Source: Desulfuromonadales bacterium
Lineage (GTDB): Bacteria > Desulfobacterota > Desulfuromonadia > Desulfuromonadales > JACZKF01
Assembly (NCBI GenBank): GCA_050485365.1
Contig: JBJHBH010000003.1
Location: 4,127-68,126, forward strand
Length of the DNA: 64,000 nt
Direction: 5' to 3'
Shown here: one piece after another, positions 54,166-62,761 of the stretch
Layout of the letters: the number at the start of each line of letters is the position of its first letter
How positions within the stretch are numbered: the stretch's first letter is position 1
Made by a program: the position numbers and the translations under genes
Notes under the pieces: model-generated
Seen by the model: only the letters and a program-made list of their open reading frames with translations
The model's database searches: none
Told to the model about the DNA's origin: nothing

Positions 54166-55443
54166 TTAATTGCCCGAGAAAACCCCAGTCAGACCCGCGG
54201 CATCGACCCTGCCTTCGATCTCCCGCACGTCGGTGGTGTACAGGCCGAGCTGGTTCATCCGGTCGAAAAAGACCGATCCCGAGAAGGTGTACTTGAGCCC
54301 CATCCCCCCTTCGGTCCCCATCTGCTCCCGCACGTAGCGTATCGCCTCTCCCACGGCGAGGGTGGAGGGGAGAACGACAGGGGCCTCGTTTTTCAGATAC
54401 TTCACGGCGTTGTGCCCCGCGAGGGTTCCGGTGCAGATCGCCTCGGTGTGCCCCACCAGAAGCCCCGCCTTCTCCCCGGCGCAAAAGAGGTTCTCGGCCC
54501 CTTCGACCTTCAGGGCGTCGTTGCGCGGCGACATGTTGAAGTAGCGCACCGAATTGCCGATGCCGCCGGTGTAGGGGTCTTCGAAGCGGGCGTTTTCAAA
54601 TCCGGGGACCTCCCGCAGCGTATCGACGGGGTAGAAGGGGCTCATCAGCTTGGCGTGGCCGGTGTTCAGAAGGATGATGTTCTCCTCGAAGGCCGCCCCG
54701 GCGTACTGCTGGCACGCCTTGATGGCGTTTTTCCCGCTCACCCTCTGGGCCTCGGGGATGGGAATGACGGCCACCCCCGTCTCGTGCAGCTGCGCGTTGA
54801 TCTCGGGGGAGAGGGATTCGAGAAGGAGTTTGCACGAGCCGCTCATGGCCCCGACCTGCTCCCCCTTCCTGCCGGTCATCTCCTGCACCCCCGCTTTTTC
54901 GGCCAGACTCACCCGCCCGCCGAAGGAGGGACAGCGCAGAACGCACATGGCACAACCGTTGCCGTGCTTGATGCAGTTGGGCATCGGACCGGCGGTTCCG
55001 GTGGTGTCGATGAAGACGTCCCCGGCGAGGCGGATCGTCTCCTTGCGCCTCTTTCCGAAAGCGGCCCTGATCGTCCTGCCCTCCATCTCCACATCTTCGA
55101 TCCGGGTCGAGGTGAGGATGCGGACCCCCGCCTTCTCGAGAAGCCTTCGGACGGCGGGCTCGATGGTCGCCACACTGTACAAAGAGGCGTGGCGATGTCC
55201 CGGGAACTCGATGTCGCGGTAGGGGCTGTTCTCGTCCGAGACCTGGAAGAGCTCACCGCCCCCCATGGCGATCATCTCCTCGGTGGCGGTGAAGCGGCCG
55301 TTGTTGCGCATGATGCCGCCGACGAGCCCTGTCCCCAGAAGCATGTCCGTACGCTCTACCAGCGTGACCTCTCCGCCATGCTTGCGCGCGGAAAGAGCCG
55401 CCGCGCATCCGGCCCAGCCTCCTCCGACGATAATGGTCTTCAT
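54166..55443 (-). CDS. FAD-dependent oxidoreductase
   Basis: The N-terminal dinucleotide fold reads MKTIIVGGGWAGCAAALSARKHGGEVTLVE. 425 aa. Confidence 0.7.
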   Translation of the reverse strand: MKTIIVGGGWAGCAAALSARKHGGEVTLVERTDMLLGTGLVGGIMRNNGRFTATEEMIAMGGGELFQVSDENSPYRDIEFPGHRHASLYSVATIEPAVRRLLEKAGVRILTSTRIEDVEMEGRTIRAAFGKRRKETIRLAGDVFIDTTGTAGPMPNCIKHGNGCAMCVLRCPSFGGRVSLAEKAGVQEMTGRKGEQVGAMSGSCKLLLESLSPEINAQLHETGVAVIPIPEAQRVSGKNAIKACQQYAGAAFEENIILLNTGHAKLMSPFYPVDTLREVPGFENARFEDPYTGGIGNSVRYFNMSPRNDALKVEGAENLFCAGEKAGLLVGHTEAICTGTLAGHNAVKYLKNEAPVVLPSTLAVGEAIRYVREQMGTEGGMGLKYTFSGSVFFDRMNQLGLYTTDVREIEGRVDAAGLTGVFSGN

Positions 55444-55652
55444 GGTGATCTCCTTTACTGATGAATGGAAAAGGCTCTGTGATTGGAAATTCGCTCCTCG
55501 CCTCTGCCCCTGAAAAGGCGGGCCAACGGAGCGATGATCGGGTTGAAAAATTGTTCTAGAAAACCCCTATGTCCCGCCAGGCTTTTTTCCGGGCGGATAG
55601 AGATGCATGCCATTGTTGCTTGAGAAGTATAAAAACATGAATGCCGAATTCT

Positions 55653-55669
55653 GTAAAATAGTGTTTTAT
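55653..55669. promoter_or_regulatory. Palindrome GTAAAATAGTGTTTTAT upstream of the FAD-oxidoreductase/transporter operon
   Basis: It is the same GTAAAA-N5-TTTTAY motif as at 41954 and 57121. On the minus strand it overlaps TTTACA-17-TTTTAT. Confidence 0.4.
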
Positions 55670-55895
55670 TGCAGGGGGTAAAGGCGGGACCTATAACACC
55701 TATAGAGTCAAAAAAAGACAAGTGATTCGAGACAGTTGCCGGGAGGGGCCGCCCTGAAAGGATGACCTCATTGGTCGGGATTAAATCGGCACAGCTCGCC
55801 TTCGCGCACGCCGGGTAGCCGGGAGCGCGAAGGCCCGCCATTATAACCAAGTTGCACGCTCAAGACCATCGGCCCAAAGGTCGAATCGCTCTTCG

Positions 55896-55937
55896 AAAAA
55901 AAAACGGCATCGTCGGGGGCGAAGTCCCGACGATGCC
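55896..55937 (-). terminator. Rho-independent terminator downstream of the USP gene
   Basis: GGCATCGTCGGG / CCCGACGATGCC form a perfect 12-bp stem. On the minus strand nine U follow. Confidence 0.75.
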
Positions 55938-56037
55938 AAGTGGAAAGGAGAGAGGGGTGGAACTGGTGGTGCGGTGGTGCTCGAAAAAACGCAGCGATGG
56001 CGAATCGCCCCGCTCGACTGCCGATGGCGTCGGGGTG

Positions 56038-57000
56038 TCAGGGTTGCGAGATCCCCCCCTTGGGCCAGTTCGGGGGGAGACGCTCTTCAGGCTTGAACGT
56101 CTTCTTCAGCGCGGCCTGAGCCGAGGGGATGAGCAGCACCGGGACCTCGGCGCGCCGCACGACGTCGTTGGCGACGCTGCCTAGGAGGGCCTCCCGAAAA
56201 AAACCCCTTCCGTGGTTCCCCATGACGATGAGGGATGAAGGTGTCTTGGCGGCGCAGGCGAGGATCTCCTTGGCCGCCGTCCCGCTCTTCCAAACGACCT
56301 CGACCGTGCTGCCGAGCGCCTCGAGGCGCTCCTTCATCTGTTCGAGGCGTCCCTTTTTCTCTTCCATGCGGCGGCGGTCGATGTCCTTTTGCTTCTTGAT
56401 CCCGGCCTCGCCGAGTGGGACCTCCGCAGAGCTGCGGCGAAAGACGTGAATCAAGGTGATCTTCGAGCGGAGCTCGCGGGCGATCTCCTCGACGTACCCG
56501 AAGGCGCGCTCGGCGGCGTCGGAGAAGTCGGTGGCGAAGAGGACGTCGCTGAAGACATCCCGGCAGACCGAGACGTTGCAGCTCTGCCCCTCCTTCAACA
56601 CCTTGATCCGGGAGAGAAAGACCGGCCGACGGGCGGTCTGCAGGAGGCGGAAGGAGACCCCGCCCAGGGTCGACTTCACCAGGCTGTGGCCGTGCGATCC
56701 GATGAGGATGGCCGAGACGTCGTGCTGCTCGGCGAGGGCGTTGAGATCGCGCCCAGGGATGCCGAATTCAAACGCCGTTTCCACGTCGAGCCCCTGTGCC
56801 TTGAGTCGCGTCTCCTGCGCCTTCAGGTGAGCCGGCGCCTGCGCCTTGAGCATCTCTTCGAGGCCCCGGGTGTTGGCGACGTAGACGACGTGTGCCAGCA
56901 CCGCCTTCTTCACCCCGAAGGACTTCAGTTCGGAGACGCACTCGATGAGGCAGTCCGAGGCGGGGGAGAAGTCGGTGGCGATCAGGATTTTTTCAAACAT
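56038..57000 (-). CDS. Tandem universal stress protein (two UspA domains)
   Basis: Start MFEKILIATDFSPAS, with GGGAGG 5 nt upstream. The second domain reads DVLFATDFSDAAERA..LIVMGNHGRGFFREALLGSVANDVVRRAEVPVLLIP. The 638-aa track ORF is an artefactual upstream extension. Confidence 0.8.
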   Translation of the reverse strand: MFEKILIATDFSPASDCLIECVSELKSFGVKKAVLAHVVYVANTRGLEEMLKAQAPAHLKAQETRLKAQGLDVETAFEFGIPGRDLNALAEQHDVSAILIGSHGHSLVKSTLGGVSFRLLQTARRPVFLSRIKVLKEGQSCNVSVCRDVFSDVLFATDFSDAAERAFGYVEEIARELRSKITLIHVFRRSSAEVPLGEAGIKKQKDIDRRRMEEKKGRLEQMKERLEALGSTVEVVWKSGTAAKEILACAAKTPSSLIVMGNHGRGFFREALLGSVANDVVRRAEVPVLLIPSAQAALKKTFKPEERLPPNWPKGGISQP

Positions 57001-57120
57001 GGCGCCTCCCTGGCGTAAGATCCGGACGGCCGATCCGGAAATCTGAAGAGCTTGACGTTCAAGTTTAGCACATGTCGATCGTTGCCGTGAGTGACATGAA
57101 ACCACGCGGAGAGCCCATCT

Positions 57121-57137
57121 GTAAAATAGTGTTTTAC
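57121..57137. promoter_or_regulatory. Palindrome GTAAAATAGTGTTTTAC upstream of the USP gene
   Basis: A perfect GTAAAA-TAGTG-TTTTAC. About 45 nt around it also match the 55651-55700 region. Confidence 0.4.
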
Positions 57138-57224
57138 TTGGTGGGGTGAAGGCGGATCCTATGGCAGGGGCGCTCGTCGGCGCGATGGGGGCCCCCTGCC
57201 CCAAGAAGGAGGAGGACGGGTGCG

Positions 57225-58304
57225 CTAACAGGATCGGCGATCGCGGAAGAGGGCGCCGGTAGGGGTGCCGAAGAAGAGGGAGAGGGGGATCTCCTCCTGC
57301 TTGACGAATCCGCTTGCGGCGAGCTCCCGCCTCGCGACAAGCTCGAGGACGGCGCAGACCGCCCCGGCGGTCGTCCACGAGATGGCGCGCCACCTCTGCC
57401 CCGCGATCATCTGCGGATAGTACCCGCGCACGAACTCCTCCCGGCGCAGGCTGCCGTCCCTTTGCCCCTCGACGGCGGCGTGCACGTAGACCACATCGTC
57501 GTTCACGGGGGGCTTGGCGTTGACGAGAATCTCGCCGGCGCGCTCCCGCTCGTTCTTCATCAGCAGCTCTTCGAAGAAAAAGCGCATGAGCTTGCAGTGA
57601 CCCGGATAGCGGATCGTCTTGTAGTTGAGGGTGTCGACCTTCCCCTCGTAGGTGTCGCACATGGTGCCGAGGCCGCCCGAGGTGGTGAAGGCCTCCAACT
57701 GGTGCCCGTAGATGACGATCGTCTCCAGCCCCTCCATCGGGGGGACCCGCGCCCGTTTGCCGTCGGCGATCACCTCGCACGGATTCAAGTATTCGTTGAC
57801 GACCCCTTCGGGGGACCAGTTGAAGGCGTAGCCGAGAAGACCGCGAGGGTGCTGGGGGAGGGCCCCGACGCGCAGCTCGATGCTGCGGATCGTGTCGAAG
57901 CGGGAGACGAGATCGGCGCCGACGATGGAGATGAACCCCGGCGCCAGGCCGCATTGGGGCGCCATCACCGCCGTGGCGCTGGGGGCGAGGGCCTTGATGG
58001 CGCGGGCGGTGGCGACGTCTTCGGTGAGATCGAAATAGTGGCGCCCCACCTGGTGGGCCGCGCGGGCGACGAGGAGATTGAGGTGATGGGGGAGGCAGCT
58101 CACCACCGCGTCGTGCGCGGCGACGGCGTCGAAGACCGTCTCCTCATCGGCGACGGACCCCTCGCGCACGGCGAAGGGGGTTTGCGCAGGGGGGTGCGCG
58201 TCGAGACCGGTCACTTCGTACCCCCCTTGGTGCAGGAGAGTCGCCACCAGCGAGCCGACCTTCCCCAGACCGATCACCAGAACCGAATCGATGATCCTCG
58301 TCAT
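57225..58304 (-). CDS. Saccharopine-dehydrogenase-family enzyme (lysine dehydrogenase-like)
   Basis: Start MTRIIDSVLVIGLGKVGSLVATLL (GxGxxG), with GGAGGAGG upstream. It also has the characteristic WSPEGVVNEY and FTTSGGLG blocks. The upstream part of the track ORF lies in repeat D. Confidence 0.7.
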   Translation of the reverse strand: MTRIIDSVLVIGLGKVGSLVATLLHQGGYEVTGLDAHPPAQTPFAVREGSVADEETVFDAVAAHDAVVSCLPHHLNLLVARAAHQVGRHYFDLTEDVATARAIKALAPSATAVMAPQCGLAPGFISIVGADLVSRFDTIRSIELRVGALPQHPRGLLGYAFNWSPEGVVNEYLNPCEVIADGKRARVPPMEGLETIVIYGHQLEAFTTSGGLGTMCDTYEGKVDTLNYKTIRYPGHCKLMRFFFEELLMKNERERAGEILVNAKPPVNDDVVYVHAAVEGQRDGSLRREEFVRGYYPQMIAGQRWRAISWTTAGAVCAVLELVARRELAASGFVKQEEIPLSLFFGTPTGALFRDRRSC

Positions 58305-58375
58305 GGGCACCTCCTCCCCCACGGGCAAAGCCCCCTCAAGGGGGCCGTTTTTCGAAAGAGACATGAAAGGAAGCG

Positions 58376-58499
58376 GTAACTGTTCGCCAAAGGGTCTCGG
58401 GGCGCCCACGCAGAGGGTGTCTGGCGCCCGGACGGCGCCAGTCAAGCCCCCAGGGATGGGTTCATGGCGTCCCTCGGAGTGGGCGGCCCGAGACCCTTC
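58376..58499. repeat. Structured intergenic repeat, copy D (subfamily 2)
   Basis: GTAACTGTTCGCCAAAGGGTCTCGGGGCGCC..AGGGTGTCTGGCGCCCGGACGGCGCCAGTCAAGC..GGCGGCCCGAGACCCTTC. It is collinear with copy C. Its left end GTAACTGTTC is the reverse complement of the right end GAACAGTTAC of copies A and B. Confidence 0.6.
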
Positions 58500-58552
58500 T
58501 CCACCTCTGGTGAATAACTACTGGAAACGAACCATTCGGATCTGAAGGGGCT

Positions 58553-59752
58553 TCAGATCCGCTCCAGCGCGAGGGAGATCCCTTGACCGACCCCGATGCA
58601 CATGCTGCATAGCGCCCGCTTGCCGCCGGTGCGCTGGAGCTGATGGACGGCGGTGCTCACGAGGCGCGCGCCGCTCATCCCCAGCGGATGCCCGAGCGCG
58701 ATGGCGCCCCCTTGGGGGTTGATGCGCGCATCGTCGTCGGCCAGGCCGAGCTCCCGCGTGCAGGCGAGGGCCTGGGCTGCGAAGGCTTCATTGAACTCAA
58801 GTATATCAAAATCCTTGAGCCCAAGACCGAGTCGGGAGAGGAGTTTGACCGTCGCCGGCACGGGGCCGATCCCCATGATGCGCGGCGGGACCCCCGCCGT
58901 CGCCATCCCGAGGATGCGCGCCTTGGGAACGAGGCCGTAGCGCTTCACCCCCTCTTCTCCGGCGAGGAGTAGGGCCGCCGCGCCGTCGTTGACGCCGGAG
59001 GCGTTGCCGGCGGTGATCGTTCCGTCGGCGAACATCGCCTTGAGCTTGGCGAGCTGCGCCGCGGATGTGGCGCGGGGGTGCTCGTCCTTCTCGACGACGA
59101 GGGGCTCCCCTTTTCTCTGCGGGATCCGGACGGGGACGATCTCCTGCGCCAGTCGCCCGTCCGCCTGGGCGGCCGCCGCCTTCTCCTGACTCCACAGGGC
59201 GAAGCGGTCCTGGTCTTCGCGGCTGATGCCGAGCTCGCGGGCGAGGTTTTCGGCCGTCTCCGGCATCGAATCGGTGCCGCAGAGGGCGTGAAGCTTCGGG
59301 TTGACGAAGCGCCAGCCGATGGTCGTGTCGAAGATTTCGGCCGTGCGGGAGAAGGCGCTCTCGGCCTTCCCCATGACGAAGGGGGCGCGCGACATGCTCT
59401 CGACCCCGCCGGCGATCAGCAGATCGGCTTCGCCCGCCTTGATCGCCTGGGCGCCGCTGCCGACGGCGTTGAGCCCGGAGCCGCACAGCCGGTTGACGGT
59501 GTTGCCGGGGACCTTCTCGGAGAGCCCGGCCAGCAGCAGCGCCATGCGGGCGACGTTGCGGTTGTCTTCCCCGGCCTGGTTGGCGCAGCCGAGAATCACC
59601 TCGTCCAGCGCCTGCCAGTCGACGCCGGGGTTGCGCTCCATCAAGGCCTTCAGGGGGATGGCCGCCAGATCGTCGGCGCGCACCGACGACAGGGTGCCGC
59701 CGTAGCGGCCGATGGGCGTGCGGATCGCGTCGCAGACAAATACATCCTTCAT
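58553..59752 (-). CDS. Acetyl-CoA C-acyltransferase (thiolase)
   Basis: Start M(T)MKDVFVCDAIRTPIGRYGG. Motifs are NRLCGSGLNAV (active-site Cys), GHPLGMSGARL and CIGVGQG. Confidence 0.85.
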   Translation of the reverse strand: MKDVFVCDAIRTPIGRYGGTLSSVRADDLAAIPLKALMERNPGVDWQALDEVILGCANQAGEDNRNVARMALLLAGLSEKVPGNTVNRLCGSGLNAVGSGAQAIKAGEADLLIAGGVESMSRAPFVMGKAESAFSRTAEIFDTTIGWRFVNPKLHALCGTDSMPETAENLARELGISREDQDRFALWSQEKAAAAQADGRLAQEIVPVRIPQRKGEPLVVEKDEHPRATSAAQLAKLKAMFADGTITAGNASGVNDGAAALLLAGEEGVKRYGLVPKARILGMATAGVPPRIMGIGPVPATVKLLSRLGLGLKDFDILEFNEAFAAQALACTRELGLADDDARINPQGGAIALGHPLGMSGARLVSTAVHQLQRTGGKRALCSMCIGVGQGISLALERI

Positions 59753-59766
59753 CGTCATTCCTCCCT

Positions 59767-61125
59767 TCAGTACGCCTGGGTCTTGGCGCTCTGCTTGATT
59801 TTGCGGAATCCGCCCAGCATCGCCTCGGCGAGAGCGTCGATCTCCTTTTCGGTCATCGGTGTCGAGAGGGTCCCCGAGCAGGTGTTGATCATCATGATGC
59901 CGTTGTCGAAGAGGTGATCGAGGAGCATCTTGATCCACGCCGCCTCCTCCTTCGTCTCGAAGGCTTCGCGGTAGTTTCTCGGCGCTTCGGGCTTCATGTG
60001 GACGCGGAACATGGAGCCGACCCCCGTCACGCACGCCGGAATGTCGGCGACCTGGATCGCCTCGGCGATGCCGCTTCGCACCCGGTCGCCGAGACGGTTG
60101 ATGCGCTGCACCGCCTCTTGGTCGAAGAGCTCCATGGAGACGCGCCCCGCCGTCATGGTGATGGGGTTGGCCGAGAAGGTCCCCGAAAGGGGGAAAAGGA
60201 GCTTCTCGGAGCGCGGGTTCATCACCTCCATCACCTCGGCCCGCCCGGCGATGGCGCCGACGGGGAACCCCCCGCCGATCATCTTCCCCATGGCGGTCAG
60301 ATCCGGTCGCACGTCGTACGCCTGCTGGGCGCCGCCGTAGTTGAAGCGGAAGGTGATGACCTCGTCACACACCAGAAGGGCGCCCTTCTCCCGGGTCCAC
60401 GTGTGGATCGCCCGGACGAAGTCGGCCGAGGCCGGCACGAGACCGACGCGGTGGGGGACGAGATCGAGGAGGACGCAGGCCAGCTCGTCGGCGTGCCGGT
60501 CGAGGATCTCGATGGCCCGCACCGGATCGTTGAAGGGGATGACGACGACATCGCCCAGGGCCGAGGAGGGGGTGCCGTGGGAGACCGGCACGCTCGACGG
60601 GCTCGCGGCTTCGCCCCACGTCGCGGGGGAGGCGGTCTGGCTCACCTCGGCGTAGTCGTAGAGGCCGTGGTACGCCCCTTCGACCTTGGCGATCTTCGGC
60701 CGACCGGTGTAGGCGCGGGCGGCCTTCAGGCAGCTCATCACCGCTTCGGTGCCGGAGTTGACGAAGCGCACCTTGTCGAACCCTTCGCTTCGGCTGCAGA
60801 TGTGCTCTGCATAGTATACTTCGGCCTCGGTCGCCAGGGTGAAGGCCGTCCCCTTGTGGAGCTGCTCGGTGACCGCCGCCACGACGGCGGGATGGGCGTG
60901 GCCGTGGATCAGCGCCGCCATGTTGTTGGCGAAGTCGATGCGCTTCACGCCGTCGATGTCGGTGACGTAGCACCCCTCGCCCCGCTCGGCGTAGAGGGGA
61001 TGGGGGGAGCGAAGGACGGTGTTGCGGCTCACCCCGCCGGGGAGGACCTTGCACGCCCGCTCGTAGAGCTCGGCGCTTCTAGACGTTTCCGCTTGTTTTA
61101 TCGCTTGCTCAGTCATGGTGACCAC
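59767..61125 (-). CDS. Class-III (PLP) aminotransferase, GSA-aminomutase-like
   Basis: VLPGGVSRN..GCYVTDIDGVKRIDF, DEVITFRFNYGGAQ, and MGKMIGGGFPVGA (PLP Lys). Confidence 0.8.
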   Translation of the reverse strand: MVTMTEQAIKQAETSRSAELYERACKVLPGGVSRNTVLRSPHPLYAERGEGCYVTDIDGVKRIDFANNMAALIHGHAHPAVVAAVTEQLHKGTAFTLATEAEVYYAEHICSRSEGFDKVRFVNSGTEAVMSCLKAARAYTGRPKIAKVEGAYHGLYDYAEVSQTASPATWGEAASPSSVPVSHGTPSSALGDVVVIPFNDPVRAIEILDRHADELACVLLDLVPHRVGLVPASADFVRAIHTWTREKGALLVCDEVITFRFNYGGAQQAYDVRPDLTAMGKMIGGGFPVGAIAGRAEVMEVMNPRSEKLLFPLSGTFSANPITMTAGRVSMELFDQEAVQRINRLGDRVRSGIAEAIQVADIPACVTGVGSMFRVHMKPEAPRNYREAFETKEEAAWIKMLLDHLFDNGIMMINTCSGTLSTPMTEKEIDALAEAMLGGFRKIKQSAKTQAY

Positions 61126-61220
61126 CTTTGGGAGATGTTAAGCCTGTCAGGCTCTAGGCTTTTAGGAAATTCAAAACCTTGGCATCCGTCGTCCGTCCTC
61201 TGCTTTCAGCCTAAGAGCCT

Positions 61221-61898
61221 TCAGCCTAAACCCCTGCCCCTCTGCAGCTTGCAACCGGTCCTCTCCTGGACATAGTCGAAATCGACCCCCGGGGCGAGCT
61301 CGGCGACCTCGAACCCGTGGGGGGTCAGGTCGATGACGGCCAGATCGGTGTAGATGCGGCTGACGACCCCTTTGCCGGTGAGCGGATAGGTGCACGCCTC
61401 CACCAGCTTCGCCTCGCCGTCGCTGGTGCAGTGCTGAGTGATGACGTAGATGGTGCGCACCCCGGCGACCAGATCCATCGCCCCCCCCACGGCGGGGATG
61501 GCGTCGGGGGCGCCGGTCGACCAGTTGGCCAGGTCCCCCTTCTCGGAGACCTGCATCGCCCCGAGGACGCACACGTCGATGTGCCGCCCCCGGATCATGG
61601 CGAAGCTGTCGGCGTGGTGGAAGAAGGAAGCTCCGGGGATCGCCGTGACCATCTTCTTTCCGGCGTTGATCAGCTCGGGATCCTCGCACCCCGGTTCGGG
61701 GGGCGGCCCCATCCCGAGGAGGCCGTTTTCGGTGTGGTAGATCACTTCGCGCCCCTCGGGGACGTAGCGCGCCACCATCTCGGGGATGCCGATCCCCAGG
61801 TTGACGTAGGAGCCGTCGGGGATGTCGAGGGCGGCCCGCGCCGCCATCTCTTCGCGGCTCCAGCCGAGGGCGCCTTCGTTTTTCGCTGCCACTGTCAT
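61221..61898 (-). CDS. 3-oxoacid/acetate CoA-transferase subunit B
   Basis: Start MTVAAKNEGALGWSREEMAARAAL. Also YVNLGIGIP, ENGLLGMGP and GGAMDLV. ATGA overlap with subunit A. Confidence 0.85.
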   Translation of the reverse strand: MTVAAKNEGALGWSREEMAARAALDIPDGSYVNLGIGIPEMVARYVPEGREVIYHTENGLLGMGPPPEPGCEDPELINAGKKMVTAIPGASFFHHADSFAMIRGRHIDVCVLGAMQVSEKGDLANWSTGAPDAIPAVGGAMDLVAGVRTIYVITQHCTSDGEAKLVEACTYPLTGKGVVSRIYTDLAVIDLTPHGFEVAELAPGVDFDYVQERTGCKLQRGRGLG

Positions 61899-62605
61899 GG
61901 GTACCTTCTCCCTTCGGCGACGAGTTTCGACTCCTGGGCGGGGTTGGGGACGAGGACGACGCGCTTCACGAAGATCCCCGGGGTGACGACCACCTCGGGA
62001 TCGATCCCCCCCGGCTCGACGAGGGTGCTCGTCTGCACGATGGTCGTCTTGGCGGCCATCGCCATGATGGGGGCGAAGTTGCGCGCCGTCTTGTTGTAGG
62101 TCAGGTTGCCGTGGCGGTCGGCGCACTCGGCCTTGATCAGCGCGAAGTCGGCCCGCAGGCCGTATTCCATGACGTAGTCGCGCCCGTCGAAGGTGCGCTG
62201 CTCCTTCCCTTCGGCCAGCGGAGTCCCGACGGAGGTGGCCGTGTAGAAGGCGGGGATTCCGGCTCCGCCGGCGCGGATCCGCTCGGCGAGCGTCCCCTGG
62301 GGGACGAGCTCGAGCTCGATCTTTCCGCTGCGGTAGAGCTCGGGGAAGACCTTGGAGTTGGTGGAGCGCGGGTAGGAGCAGATCATCTTGCCGACCCGGC
62401 CGTTCTCGATCAGGGCCGCAAGCCCCACGTGGCCGCTCCCGGTGTTGTTGTTCACCACGGTGAGATTCTTCGCCCCCTGGTCGATGAGGGCGTGAATCAG
62501 CTCGATGGGGCTGCCGGCCTCTCCGAACCCGCCGATCAGCACGGTGGCGCCGTCGAAGATGTCGGCGACCGCCTCCGCCGGTGAGGCGACACTTTTATTG
62601 ATCAT
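61895..62605 (-). CDS. 3-oxoacid/acetate CoA-transferase subunit A
   Basis: Start MINKSVASPAEAVADIFDGATVLIGGFG. Also ELVPQGTLAERIRAGGAGIPAFYT. Confidence 0.85.
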   Translation of the reverse strand: MINKSVASPAEAVADIFDGATVLIGGFGEAGSPIELIHALIDQGAKNLTVVNNNTGSGHVGLAALIENGRVGKMICSYPRSTNSKVFPELYRSGKIELELVPQGTLAERIRAGGAGIPAFYTATSVGTPLAEGKEQRTFDGRDYVMEYGLRADFALIKAECADRHGNLTYNKTARNFAPIMAMAAKTTIVQTSTLVEPGGIDPEVVVTPGIFVKRVVLVPNPAQESKLVAEGRRYP

Positions 62606-62761
62606 GGTCGTTACCTCTTCAAGTCCAAAATCGTTCTCCCGCTCGTTCGCTCCGCTCACTAGAGGCGCAGAGGTCACAGAGAAAATCAAGATCAGATCTC
62701 CCTGCGTTCTCTGCGTCTCTAGCGACGCAGGAGCGGGCGAGAGATGCCTTTAGTGTATTTC

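Noticed and set aside
56038-57954. A 638-aa ORF read as a single protein
   Set aside because: Only the C-terminal 321 aa (from MFEKILIATDFS at 57000, which has a GGGAGG SD) form a tandem USP. The N-terminal half is Arg/Pro-rich read-through across an intergenic region and the antisense of the saccharopine-dehydrogenase-like gene.
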